Positions 22,355 to 31,958 of a DNA stretch of 36,284 nt are shown piece by piece. Where the stretch lies: positions 1 through 36,284 of IMG/VR virus record IMGVR_UViG_3300043399_000371; one strand, given 5' to 3'. The notes under the pieces were generated by a model that saw only the letters and a list, made by a program, of their open reading frames with translations, had not been told where the DNA came from and did no database searches. Source of the stretch: a virus (Duplodnaviria > Heunggongvirae > Uroviricota > Caudoviricetes). Both the position numbers and the translations under genes were made by a program. Each line of letters starts with the position of its first letter. The first letter of the stretch is position 1.

Positions 22355-23736
22355 TCTTTATGATTATCCAAAAAGTAATCTAGATCTTCTGGTGTTCCAA
22401 TACCCCACATACGTTCAATATTCTTAACACGAATCTTCTTACCATCACCAATAGCTTCATTGAATACTGGACAAACGTAAAACTCATTATTTGTTCTGAT
22501 ATTTTTCTGAATCATTTGTTCTGCGTATTTAACATAATCAGAACCCTTCTTCCAGTAATAGATACCAACTGTTGCTAAATTAGAGATGACTTTCTTCTCT
22601 GCAACCTCTGCCACAAAACCATCATCTCCGATTCTGGCATAGGACCATTTTGGATGAGTTGCTTTGAATGTTAGAATACCACCATCAATGGAATCAGCAG
22701 AGAATGCATACATACATTCATTTGAATTCCATTCTACAAACTGATCTGAGTTTGCCATGACTAGAGGATTATCATTGTCGATAAATTCCTTGGCTAGAAG
22801 AGTTGTACAGGCGGCACCTTCGGTAATACCATCAACCTGAACGATCTTGCAATTTGGTGCAATTAGATTTAGTAGGTACTTTAGATTATACTTTTCATAG
22901 TGTTCTTTCTGAACTAGGAAAATATAGTTTGCTTCAATGTTAAGATTCTCAACTACAACTTGAATCATTGGCTTACCACGAACCTCAATGAGTGGTTTGG
23001 GGAATGTGTAGCCAGCCTGTGCAAAACGACTTCCTGCGCCAGCCATAGGAATCAGAACATTTAGTTTTGTGTCCCTCCAAGGAAGAGACTTGTTAGACGA
23101 TCCTTCGATTTTACTCATAACTTCAAACATCCTATTTAACATATTTGGGGAATTTACTTCATAAGAGTTTTCAACAGGAAGAAGATGTGCGCCAGAATTC
23201 AATGCACCTTGCCGACCGATATGAGAATCTTCAACGATAATTGTGTCCTTTGGCAATGCGTTTAACTTGGTCATACATTGCCAGTACATTTCTGGATATG
23301 GTTTTGTTCTTGTCACATCCTCATTACTAACATAATAGTCTACTTGCTCAAGAACACCAATGCTTAGAAGAGATAGTTTAACGGTTTCACGAATTGAATT
23401 GGAGGCTACAGCAATTTTGTATCCTCGATCTTTGATTTCATAAAAAAGTTTCTGTAATCCATCTTGCCTCTTAAATTGCTTAAGAAACTTAAATGTTGCT
23501 TCCTGTTTATCTGACCAAATTTGATCATAATATTTTTGATCGAGACCTTTATGCTCAGTCAACATCTTAAGCTTTTTGGTGGTGTTCAATCCATCATAAA
23601 GGCTTAAATGTTCTTCTCTACTGATGATATATTTCTCATCTACTTTTTTTAGTGCTTCGTTTAGAGACTCATAATGCAAATCCCTTGAGTCTATAAGTAC
23701 ACCATCTAAATCAAATATAACTAATTTATTATTCAT
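22351..23736 (-). CDS. Bifunctional HAD phosphatase / sugar-phosphate nucleotidyltransferase
   Basis: FDLDGVLIDS, KPYPE and IVEDS (HAD); LIPMAGAGSRF...PKPLI, VAEK and GTPEDL (NTP transferase). Confidence 0.9.
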   Translation of the reverse strand: MNNKLVIFDLDGVLIDSRDLHYESLNEALKKVDEKYIISREEHLSLYDGLNTTKKLKMLTEHKGLDQKYYDQIWSDKQEATFKFLKQFKRQDGLQKLFYEIKDRGYKIAVASNSIRETVKLSLLSIGVLEQVDYYVSNEDVTRTKPYPEMYWQCMTKLNALPKDTIIVEDSHIGRQGALNSGAHLLPVENSYEVNSPNMLNRMFEVMSKIEGSSNKSLPWRDTKLNVLIPMAGAGSRFAQAGYTFPKPLIEVRGKPMIQVVVENLNIEANYIFLVQKEHYEKYNLKYLLNLIAPNCKIVQVDGITEGAACTTLLAKEFIDNDNPLVMANSDQFVEWNSNECMYAFSADSIDGGILTFKATHPKWSYARIGDDGFVAEVAEKKVISNLATVGIYYWKKGSDYVKYAEQMIQKNIRTNNEFYVCPVFNEAIGDGKKIRVKNIERMWGIGTPEDLDYFLDNHKE

Positions 23737-24545
23737 GCTTTATTAAATTCATTAAAGAGTACAAATGGATCATGACCTAATTGATGGTCTGGTATTCTAT
23801 GTAGTTCAAAAATATCAGGCTTTATGATATATGAGATCAACCATAGACCTTGATCATCATCAACAAAATTGTTCTTTTTGAGTTCACCATAAGAGTGATG
23901 CATTAGGTTAAACATAGTTTCCCATAATGATTGATGGGCAACCACTTTAGCACCAAGAATGTAAACATCATTTTCAGCAATAACATTCCCAAGTGGTTTT
24001 CCATCATAATCTTTGTAATTGAAGAGATGGATCTTTTCCTTGTTAAAATCATAATCCCAACGTTTTGATGGTGGAATATTTTTCTCCGACCTACAATAAC
24101 CAAAATCAATCCATGCAACCATTTCGTTGGAGTTCAATTTATTTTGTACTGCTAGGTTTACAAAGAATGCTTTAAGATTTGTCACCAACACATACTCTGG
24201 ATTCCAATACTCTGGATTTTTAATCTGAGTTGGGTGGATCTTTCGTTTGAATTCTTCTGACGCTTGAATCTTTGTGATATCAGTTCTCATCTCAGCAAAG
24301 ACTGTGAAAACATCAAACACAACGATCTTAGTCCTATCCAACCTGTCTTTACAGATTTCCTTGATTCTATCAGAAAATTCTTCGGTTGTAAAGACAATGA
24401 TCTCATTTTCAAGCTTGGTTAGGTGTGTGAATCTTTCAAGATAAGTTTCATTTGTCCTATGAAGATAATGGGGGAGTCCCTTATCTGGTGTCCAAGTGCC
24501 CCTACCAATATCGTAGAAGGCAGTTACAATGCTAATTTCACTCAT
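23733..24545 (-). CDS. HtrL/YibB (WlaTC)-family glycosyltransferase-like protein
   Basis: IVTAFYDIGRG, PEYW, AWIDFGY and VDDDQ motifs. Confidence 0.8.
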   Translation of the reverse strand: MSEISIVTAFYDIGRGTWTPDKGLPHYLHRTNETYLERFTHLTKLENEIIVFTTEEFSDRIKEICKDRLDRTKIVVFDVFTVFAEMRTDITKIQASEEFKRKIHPTQIKNPEYWNPEYVLVTNLKAFFVNLAVQNKLNSNEMVAWIDFGYCRSEKNIPPSKRWDYDFNKEKIHLFNYKDYDGKPLGNVIAENDVYILGAKVVAHQSLWETMFNLMHHSYGELKKNNFVDDDQGLWLISYIIKPDIFELHRIPDHQLGHDPFVLFNEFNKA

Positions 24546-24547
24546 TA

Positions 24548-25387
24548 TTAATCCTCATATTTGTTTTCAATAAGAAACTTTAAAGCAGGGACTCGATCAT
24601 ATTGATGAACGATATAATATTCTTTCCCTGTGGATGTTGTCACAGAATTGCCATTCCACTTCGGTGTAGGTTCTAGTAGATGTGGCCTAAAACTTTCAAT
24701 CTTTGATGGATCTGCGGTAGTTCCTAATTGACAAGCCCAACCACTTTCCGATCTGGTATATAGACTCGTTGCCTGATATGGTTGTTGTGCGACCATAAAA
24801 TTAAATGTGGACTGATCAACGATTGGAATTGGTCGATTGATAGACATATTGAAAATCATTGCAGCTAGATCACGAATAGCATATCCTATACCTGCTAGAA
24901 CACCAACATTATAAATTTCTTTTGTTTTAAAAATGCTATGGAAGAATGGGCCAAAGGTTTCCAAGAGGTTTTGGTTTCCCCAAGGTTCATCTTCATACAA
25001 TAGAGATTCTGATGAGAAGACAAGTTGCTTATCATTCAAATTATTTTCAAGATACTCGATAGGGTTCTTTTGGAAGATCACATCTTTGACATCAGTTGTC
25101 ACCACATAACGGTAATCATTATTCCTGAGAAAGTTGTAAATATGAACGAATCTTTCAACATGAACAGGAATATTTGATGGTTGATGTACACAATTCCCCT
25201 CAGAGTCGGTTGCTGTGGCAATAACACCAAACCCAGAATCCATTACCTTCTTTACCGTATCTTTATCACAGTTTAGAAGGATTAGGATTTTATCACCTTC
25301 AAATCCACATTTATTAATTGAGTTAACCCAATATTTCAAAGTGTCCCATGTGTAGTTGGTGGAACACCCAATAATCAAATCTTTCAT
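24548..25387 (-). CDS. Putative GT-A glycosyltransferase
   Basis: YVVTTDVKDVIFQKNP (DxD-like), YNVGV, DQSTFN and IVHQYDR motifs. Confidence 0.7.
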   Translation of the reverse strand: MKDLIIGCSTNYTWDTLKYWVNSINKCGFEGDKILILLNCDKDTVKKVMDSGFGVIATATDSEGNCVHQPSNIPVHVERFVHIYNFLRNNDYRYVVTTDVKDVIFQKNPIEYLENNLNDKQLVFSSESLLYEDEPWGNQNLLETFGPFFHSIFKTKEIYNVGVLAGIGYAIRDLAAMIFNMSINRPIPIVDQSTFNFMVAQQPYQATSLYTRSESGWACQLGTTADPSKIESFRPHLLEPTPKWNGNSVTTSTGKEYYIVHQYDRVPALKFLIENKYED

Positions 25388-25402
25388 AACAAATCCTTTA
25401 AT

Positions 25403-25576
25403 TTATTTTGTGTACTGTTTGAACCTCAAAAGTTTTCTTGACTGTCCCGGTGTGTCTTTAAGGTATGTATTTAACAATTCGTCGGTGCCTTCCTGACCAG
25501 CACCGGATTTGTCAAGAATGTCTATTTTTGATTCCTCTTTAACCAATGTCCATCTTCCATTGATCTTTTCTAACAT
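25403..25576 (-). CDS. Small protein (57 aa): MLEKINGRWTLVKEESKIDILDKSGAGQEGTDELLNTYLKDTPGQSRKLLRFKQYTK
   Basis: Not in ORF track; fills the gap; GT..L...Y..DTPGQ motif and C-terminal FKQY. Confidence 0.7.
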   Translation of the reverse strand: MLEKINGRWTLVKEESKIDILDKSGAGQEGTDELLNTYLKDTPGQSRKLLRFKQYTK

Positions 25577-25577
25577 T

Positions 25578-25850
25578 TTAGTCTCTCGTTAATGATAGGA
25601 TTTTTTGTATTTGTTGTTCAAGAATTTCTTTTCTATTGGGCCATTTGATGATTGGTTGGTCAGCAGTCTTCAACAACTTGGTTAAAAAAGGAAGAATGAT
25701 TTTCTCTACCTCTTGTAACCTTTGTTTATATTCTCCAACAGACCTTTCCTTTTCATTCAAGACATCATTATATTCTTCTTCAGACACAGCAGAAAATCCA
25801 AAATCATCATCATCAAATTCATCGATGATTTTTTTCATATCGTATTTCAT
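25578..25850 (-). CDS. Conserved T4-like hypothetical protein (start may be 25838)
   Basis: DDFGFSAVSEEE...ILPFL...IIKWPNR motif. Confidence 0.7.
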   Translation of the reverse strand: MKYDMKKIIDEFDDDDFGFSAVSEEEYNDVLNEKERSVGEYKQRLQEVEKIILPFLTKLLKTADQPIIKWPNRKEILEQQIQKILSLTRD

Positions 25851-25856
25851 ATTTAT
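25850..25856 (-). promoter_or_regulatory. Possible late promoter ATAAATA upstream of the small genes and sugar cluster
   Basis: Motif overlaps the stop of 25853..26119; could be a chance stop/start junction. Confidence 0.4.
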
Positions 25857-26119
25857 TCTGATGTTTGTTGGTTAATGAATGCTAGTTTACCCATCTCAAA
25901 CATTCCAACACCCCTATATGTGTCGGAACAATATGATGCAATTGCAATCTGTCCATGCTCATCAATTCCAAAAAGAATGAATTCTTCGACATCACCGTCG
26001 CCAACCATCTTTTGAAAACTCTCGACAATCGCCATTTTTTCACTATTATTGGTATTCATTTTAACTTTCTCTTTACTTGCTTTTGGCATTAATCCCAACT
26101 CTTGTTTGTTTTTTTCCAT
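25853..26119 (-). CDS. Hypothetical protein (88 aa)
   Basis: Tightly packed after gp41; AAGGTG SD. Confidence 0.65.
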   Translation of the reverse strand: MEKNKQELGLMPKASKEKVKMNTNNSEKMAIVESFQKMVGDGDVEEFILFGIDEHGQIAIASYCSDTYRGVGMFEMGKLAFINQQTSE

Positions 26120-26121
26120 GA

Positions 26122-27519
26122 TTACACCTTTAAATTGCTAAAATTTCTTTTTCCAGATCTCTTCTCAAAGAATGGACCTTTTGGTTCTTCTGGTTGACCC
26201 GAATCGGAAATGTTATTTTGTGCAGACTGTTCAATGTCATACAATTTCATTTTCGATCTGTCAATACCAACAACAAACCTCTTGTACATATTTGGATCAG
26301 AGTATCGATTCTTTAATTGCTTAACCATAATCTGATTCAATGCATCCAATTCTTCATTGCTGACCAATGCAAACATAAAATCTGCTGTTGCTGGAAGACC
26401 AAATGATTCCGACGTATCCTCTAGACCGGGATCTGATGAAGAATAACCAGACCTTGTGGTTTGAGTTGCTGATACAATAGGAACATTAAATTCCACAGCA
26501 AGACCACGTAGTTCTTCAGCGATTGATTTGATGTATGTATAACTGTTTACATTAGAACCTGCTTTCAACCTTGATGAACAACAGATATTCAAATAATCGA
26601 TGAAGATAATACTTGGTCTAAAAGACTTCTTGAGATGCAAATCATTCAACAAAGCCCTAAAGTGTAGCGCAGATGCTGTTGCTGTTGGATACTCTTTGAT
26701 GATCAACTTTCCATTAGCCTTATTTTTTAGATTACTGAACCTCTTGACATATTCATCTTTCGATAGCATATGCAGATCATTCAAACTAATGTTAAGTAGA
26801 TTTGCATCAATCCTCTCAGCAATTTTCTCTTCCGACATCTCCATAGTAATATATAGCACATCGATGCCTTGTGCGATACATGATGCAGCTACATGACACA
26901 TGAAGAGCGATTTTCCAACACCAGTACCAGCAAGAGCAATATTCAATGTTTTAACTGGAAGACCACCTTTGGTAATCTTGTTGAAATAATCTAGATCAAA
27001 CCTTATGCGGGATTCTACTCTATGATAGGATTCATACCTCTCATCATAATCATTGATGTAGTCATGTCCGATATTATTGTCGAATGATACTGCCAAAGCA
27101 TCACTTAAAAGTTTTGGAATCTCACCCTTGCTCTTATTGCTTTTTTTACCTTTATCAAGAATGCTGACAGATTCCATGATGGCATTATAGATTGCCTTAT
27201 CTTGACAAAACTTTTCCGTTTGTTCGACCAACCACTCTTCATCAGACTCATTATTTTTGTTCTGATAAATTTCATCAAGTAGAGAAACCACTTCATTATA
27301 TTCTTCAGAAGTTAGATCCTTGTTCTCACCAAGATTAATGATTAGCGATTCGTGGGTTGGCAGATTGTGATACTTGTTGATGAATTCCTGAACTTCATCG
27401 AACAGAATCTTCTCTGTCCTATCAGAGAAGTAATTTGATTGTAAAAAAGGAGAAACCTTTCTAGCATAATCATCATTATAAATCAGATTCTTCAGAATAA
27501 TCTTTTCAATTCTATCCAT
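26122..27519 (-). CDS. 41: T4 gp41-like replicative DnaB-family helicase
   Basis: LAGTGVGKS Walker A; ITMEMSEE, IFIDYLNI, SATQTTRSG and QLKNRY motifs. Confidence 0.97.
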   Translation of the reverse strand: MDRIEKIILKNLIYNDDYARKVSPFLQSNYFSDRTEKILFDEVQEFINKYHNLPTHESLIINLGENKDLTSEEYNEVVSLLDEIYQNKNNESDEEWLVEQTEKFCQDKAIYNAIMESVSILDKGKKSNKSKGEIPKLLSDALAVSFDNNIGHDYINDYDERYESYHRVESRIRFDLDYFNKITKGGLPVKTLNIALAGTGVGKSLFMCHVAASCIAQGIDVLYITMEMSEEKIAERIDANLLNISLNDLHMLSKDEYVKRFSNLKNKANGKLIIKEYPTATASALHFRALLNDLHLKKSFRPSIIFIDYLNICCSSRLKAGSNVNSYTYIKSIAEELRGLAVEFNVPIVSATQTTRSGYSSSDPGLEDTSESFGLPATADFMFALVSNEELDALNQIMVKQLKNRYSDPNMYKRFVVGIDRSKMKLYDIEQSAQNNISDSGQPEEPKGPFFEKRSGKRNFSNLKV

Positions 27520-27520
27520 T

Positions 27521-27850
27521 CTATTCCTTTTTCAGCATTAATTCCGTTAGTATATCACCAAGAATTACATGAAACAAGGTGTCCTGTTTTATTTCTTCCG
27601 GATCATATGTGGCAGGATCAACTATGTCATAATCAAAATGGAGGATACACAACCCTCCATTCTCTTCAACGGAAACTTTACCATAGCAAATTACAATATC
27701 TTTATAGGATGGCAACAGTATATTAATTGCCATCCTATCGTCATTCAATGGAATTATGGCATAATCGACATTTTCTTTATACGTCTTGTGCTTCTTCTTC
27801 CTCAATCTCAGTTTTGTGAGGATCGTCTCCCAGAATGTTTCCATATGCAA
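27521..27850 (-). CDS. Hypothetical protein at the gp40 position between uvsX and 41 (start uncertain)
   Basis: Synteny with T4-like phages; YGKVSV...LHFDYDIV...ILGDIL; overlaps the uvsX 3' end. Confidence 0.6.
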   Translation of the reverse strand: MHMETFWETILTKLRLRKKKHKTYKENVDYAIIPLNDDRMAINILLPSYKDIVICYGKVSVEENGGLCILHFDYDIVDPATYDPEEIKQDTLFHVILGDILTELMLKKE

Positions 27851-28847
27851 TACCGTATTTTTGTTTTACAAACTGTTTAAATTTTTCGTCTTTAAGGATT
27901 GGTTCCCAAAATTCGCTTGTTTGTGTTTTATCATAGCGCATCTTATCGCCCAATTCACCTGTTTCCTGATCGACTTTTGCATACCAACCGGGAGATGGTT
28001 TAGAAACAAACTTTGCTTCAATTGCAACATCAAGAAGACCAGAATATCTTTGGATTCCGCCATCAAATGAGACTGTGATTGGAATCTTGGACTTCTCCCT
28101 AACATAACGTGACTTCTCCACATTAATAATGAAATTATATCCTGTGATTTCTGTTCCATCTTTTTCTTGTTGGCGACCAAGGATATAAATATTATCAGCA
28201 GAATAATAAGAACCAGTTCCACCACCAACAACATCTTTAGCATACATTTCCATTGTCTTGTAGGTGTGGTTTACAACGACCATAGGAATGTCTTTCAATG
28301 TTAGGTGTGGAGTCACCATTCTGAAAAGACTCTTGATCTGTTTTGCCCTAGACATATCCGCAACAGACTTGCCTTCTAGAGCATCTTCAACTTCCTTTTT
28401 AGATGCAAGATTACCAATTGAATCGAGAACAATAATAAGTTTCTCTCCACGATTGATATCTTGTAATTGTTTCATGATATCAAATTTCAATTGTTCAACA
28501 TCAGTAATAGGAACGTGTAGTGTTCGATCCATATCAATGTTGAATGTCTCAAAGTATTTAGTTGGAGTACCAAACTCTGAGTCATAAAATAGCAAAACCG
28601 CATCAGGATATTTTGCCATGTAAGCAGATGCCATCAATAGGCTAAATGCTGTCTTGAAGTGTTTACTTGGTCCAGCAAACATGGTCAATCCGGGTGTTAG
28701 TCCACCATCAATCGAACCAGATAGCGCCACGTTAATCATTGGAACGCTAGTTGGAACCATATCCTTATCATTGAAGAATTTTGACTTGGATAGGATTGAA
28801 GCATCCGTAATAGTCGAATTCTTTTTTAACTTGTCCATCAAACTCAT
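27777..28847 (-). CDS. uvsX: RecA-like recombinase UvsX
   Basis: AGPSKHFKT, YDSEFG, LDSIGNLASKKE and VVGGGTG motifs. Confidence 0.97.
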   Translation of the reverse strand: MSLMDKLKKNSTITDASILSKSKFFNDKDMVPTSVPMINVALSGSIDGGLTPGLTMFAGPSKHFKTAFSLLMASAYMAKYPDAVLLFYDSEFGTPTKYFETFNIDMDRTLHVPITDVEQLKFDIMKQLQDINRGEKLIIVLDSIGNLASKKEVEDALEGKSVADMSRAKQIKSLFRMVTPHLTLKDIPMVVVNHTYKTMEMYAKDVVGGGTGSYYSADNIYILGRQQEKDGTEITGYNFIINVEKSRYVREKSKIPITVSFDGGIQRYSGLLDVAIEAKFVSKPSPGWYAKVDQETGELGDKMRYDKTQTSEFWEPILKDEKFKQFVKQKYGIAYGNILGDDPHKTEIEEEEAQDV

Positions 28848-28859
28848 AATTACATCCTT

Positions 28860-31400
28860 TTAGAAAAAACTGTCTAATGTGTTGACCTTCTCAGCCTTCC
28901 AATTCACACAGTCAAGAATAACTGAGATTGGATCAAGGAAGGTCTTTTGGAACTGTGTGTCATAGTCAATATACTTATGCAAGCCGAACTCTTTTGGTAG
29001 ACGTTGAGGATAAGAAATAACAATATCCTTTAGTGGGTTTGGTTTCTTAAGATATGCAAACTTCAACTTCTCACCTTCCTGAATTTTCTGATACTTCTTA
29101 TCAAGCTTACTCTCAACCAAAAGCTTGTTGTAAAGGATTGCCCCCTTTACATGAATTGGTGTGCCTTTCTTGTAAATAGAAACAGAATCCTCATACTGCT
29201 TCAGACCATTGCAACCGCGAGGAAATGAAATATCCTCTGGTGGCAGATTCTTAAACTCTTGCTTGAAGCTTGAAATAAACTTCTGAACATCATCCTCGGT
29301 GCCATTAACAACAATCTTGATTAGTTCTTCCATCTTCTCCCTGACGAATTGTGGAGTTGATGATTTAACCATCTCCAGTCCCATAACCTTCAAATGAGGT
29401 TCTTTGTACTGAACACCTTCATTGTTATACACATTGAGGATATATCGTTTCTTAGCTGTCCAGATACCTTTATCAGAAAGACCTTCCCGCTTCATCTGCA
29501 TCTTCTGTGCATATGCTTTGGTGTAGTCAGCTAGTTCCTGATAACTTTCATCAATAAATGGCTGAATCTTTCGTTCACAGACTCGATCCATGAATTCGAT
29601 AATCTTGTCTTTTGGTAATGAACTGTCACCATAAACTTTCTTGACTAGATCACCAAGGCACAGATAAATCGAATCGGTGTCTGATGCGATAACATAATCC
29701 TTATCAGAACTCAACAAAGAATTCATGTAACCATTCAGTTTGTTCTCAATCCAACGAATACTCAACTGACCGGCAAGTGTAACAGCAAGTGCAAGACGAA
29801 TATCAAAGAAACGGAAGAACCGACTTCCCATTGCTCCGTATGCTGAATTAAGACCAACCTTCTTAGCCAACTGAAGATTCTTGTACCTTGCAATACTCTT
29901 AGAAATAGTTACTTTCTTTTCTTCATCGGTTTCGTTCTCATATTCTTGCTCGGAAACAAGCATAAGCTTTTTATACTTTTTCCTATCTTCATACATTGCC
30001 TCAAGAATCTCAGGTAGGAATCCTTTCTTGTCTGTCCTGAAGAACTGACAGTTTGGAGTGATCGTGCAGTCCTCTAGACCAGACAGATCAATTTCCTTAT
30101 TCAACATCTTATCCACATTGATGCTGGAAGAAACAATATTCCTCTGCGCCTTTGTGTAGTCCTTAGGTTCGATCAATGTCTCAGGTGAAATGTTGTACTG
30201 CATGATCAAGTGTGGATACAGAGAGTTCAAGTCAAAACTGGCAATCCAGTCATGCTTGCCGACCTGTGGTTCCTTAACATACGCACCTTCAAATGCAGAA
30301 TCCTTTTCCTTAATTTCCTTTGGTGGAACAATGATGTGACGCTTCAACAAGTAATTATAAATGATTGCGTCCCACATCCTTGTCTGAGTGAAGACATCAT
30401 CATAATTGCTCTTAGAGTCATACGCGAGAGTCAATGCCAATTCAATTAGCTTTAGCTTGTCCTCCAACATAATAACAAGTCGAACGTCTTTAATGTTATA
30501 TTCAATAAACTTCTGATAGTTTAGTTTGTATAACTGATGTAGGCTATCATATTCATCATATTCAATCTTCTTCTCACCCAATTCGACGGAGGCAATCGTG
30601 TCTAGTCGATAGTTCTCTTGTGACTTACCATTAGGAGCATATGCCTTATAAAGTTCAAGATAGTCTAGATGACCGATTCCATAAATGTCATACGAAGTTA
30701 CCTCTTTACCAGTAATCTTTTGGAATGATTTTTTCTCCCTGATGACTTCCCAAGGTGAAAGTTTCTTAGCCTCATCCTCACCAAGAACTTTAACAAGACG
30801 ATTGACCACATAAGGGATATCGAAGAACTTTGTATTCCAACCAGTAATAATGTCTGGACAATTCTCGACCCATTCCTTTAGGAATTTCTTACATAGATCA
30901 TATTCATCAGAACATTTTGTGTATTGTTCTTTTCCTTGCACAACATAGTCCCCACAACCAAAAACCTTTGCTGGGTGTTCTAGTCGAGTGATAGTAATTG
31001 CTGTGATGGGTTCCTGTGCTAAATCGGGATCTGGGAAACCATTCTCCGAACCAACCTCGATATCCAAAAAGGAAATGTGAATATCATCAATATCCCACTC
31101 TAGGTCATCTGGATGTTCGTCAGCAATTAGTGTATATGCATAATTTGTGTTACCATATACTTTAAAGTTTGAGACATCTTCGTACTTGGCAACAAAATCA
31201 TTAGCCTCACGAATGTTCTCAAACTTCATTGGTGTCAGAAAATCTCCATCAAGAGATTTCCATTCTGTTTCTTTATTGGAAGTTAAAAACAAAGTGGGCG
31301 CATACTGAATCTTATACTTGACTCTGCGCCCATCTTTGATCCCCCGATAAAGAATGTTGTTACCATATTTCACAACATTAGTATAGAAGGATTTTTGCAT
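28860..31400 (-). CDS. 43: T4 gp43-like family B DNA polymerase (uninterrupted)
   Basis: DIEV exonuclease; SFDLNSLYP, KVGLNSAYG, ASDTDS and KKRY polymerase motifs. Confidence 0.98.
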   Translation of the reverse strand: MQKSFYTNVVKYGNNILYRGIKDGRRVKYKIQYAPTLFLTSNKETEWKSLDGDFLTPMKFENIREANDFVAKYEDVSNFKVYGNTNYAYTLIADEHPDDLEWDIDDIHISFLDIEVGSENGFPDPDLAQEPITAITITRLEHPAKVFGCGDYVVQGKEQYTKCSDEYDLCKKFLKEWVENCPDIITGWNTKFFDIPYVVNRLVKVLGEDEAKKLSPWEVIREKKSFQKITGKEVTSYDIYGIGHLDYLELYKAYAPNGKSQENYRLDTIASVELGEKKIEYDEYDSLHQLYKLNYQKFIEYNIKDVRLVIMLEDKLKLIELALTLAYDSKSNYDDVFTQTRMWDAIIYNYLLKRHIIVPPKEIKEKDSAFEGAYVKEPQVGKHDWIASFDLNSLYPHLIMQYNISPETLIEPKDYTKAQRNIVSSSINVDKMLNKEIDLSGLEDCTITPNCQFFRTDKKGFLPEILEAMYEDRKKYKKLMLVSEQEYENETDEEKKVTISKSIARYKNLQLAKKVGLNSAYGAMGSRFFRFFDIRLALAVTLAGQLSIRWIENKLNGYMNSLLSSDKDYVIASDTDSIYLCLGDLVKKVYGDSSLPKDKIIEFMDRVCERKIQPFIDESYQELADYTKAYAQKMQMKREGLSDKGIWTAKKRYILNVYNNEGVQYKEPHLKVMGLEMVKSSTPQFVREKMEELIKIVVNGTEDDVQKFISSFKQEFKNLPPEDISFPRGCNGLKQYEDSVSIYKKGTPIHVKGAILYNKLLVESKLDKKYQKIQEGEKLKFAYLKKPNPLKDIVISYPQRLPKEFGLHKYIDYDTQFQKTFLDPISVILDCVNWKAEKVNTLDSFF

Positions 31401-31403
31401 AAA

Positions 31404-31721
31404 TTACTTTCTTGGTAGATCTGTTACTTTTGCGATTTGAATACCCGAACCGAATACTTCATTGTATTTGTTGATCAATTCTACCACAGGAGTTGTTGTG
31501 GTCAGAATATCATCTTCATTAAAAAGAATACCCTGCTTAAACTCTTCACAGAACTCAAGAAAGGGAACAAAACCCATCATTGGTCCTTGTTGAGTTGGCT
31601 GAATGATAATTTGTACAGGATAGCTTACGCGAATTTTTTTGTCAAGAATATCCTGTGATGTTGTTGAAATTTCACCAATAATGGTTTGTGTTGTTTTAAA
31701 TGTAATTAGTTTAGTTGCCAT
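31404..31721 (-). CDS. Sm-like small protein typical upstream of gp43
   Basis: KLITFKT.QTIIGEI...P...GFVPFL...PVVELINKYNEVFGSGI; synteny. Confidence 0.65.
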   Translation of the reverse strand: MATKLITFKTTQTIIGEISTTSQDILDKKIRVSYPVQIIIQPTQQGPMMGFVPFLEFCEEFKQGILFNEDDILTTTTPVVELINKYNEVFGSGIQIAKVTDLPRK

Positions 31722-31952
31722 TTAGACTCCTACAGGTGTGTTTTGTGAGACAACTCCGAGAGTCACCCAACGTTTTGGAAAGAGCATTTCGCGCCCAACA
31801 AAATCTTTCATGTCATATGTTGGATCTTCAACATATCCAATAATTTCTACGGTGTTATCATAGTCACGAAGAACCATGTCATATTTTTCAGCTTTAGGGA
31901 AACCAAAAACATCAACTAGTTTCTTTGCAATAACTTCAATGTTCATATACAA
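31722..31952 (-). CDS. Hypothetical protein (76 aa)
   Basis: AAGGA SD; tightly packed ORF. Confidence 0.65.
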   Translation of the reverse strand: MYMNIEVIAKKLVDVFGFPKAEKYDMVLRDYDNTVEIIGYVEDPTYDMKDFVGREMLFPKRWVTLGVVSQNTPVGV

Positions 31953-31958
31953 TCCTTA

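Noticed and set aside
27777-27850. 74-nt overlap between uvsX and the downstream gene as a possible frameshift signal
   Set aside because: Both frames are intact and the downstream start is uncertain; no slippery site or stimulatory structure was seen.
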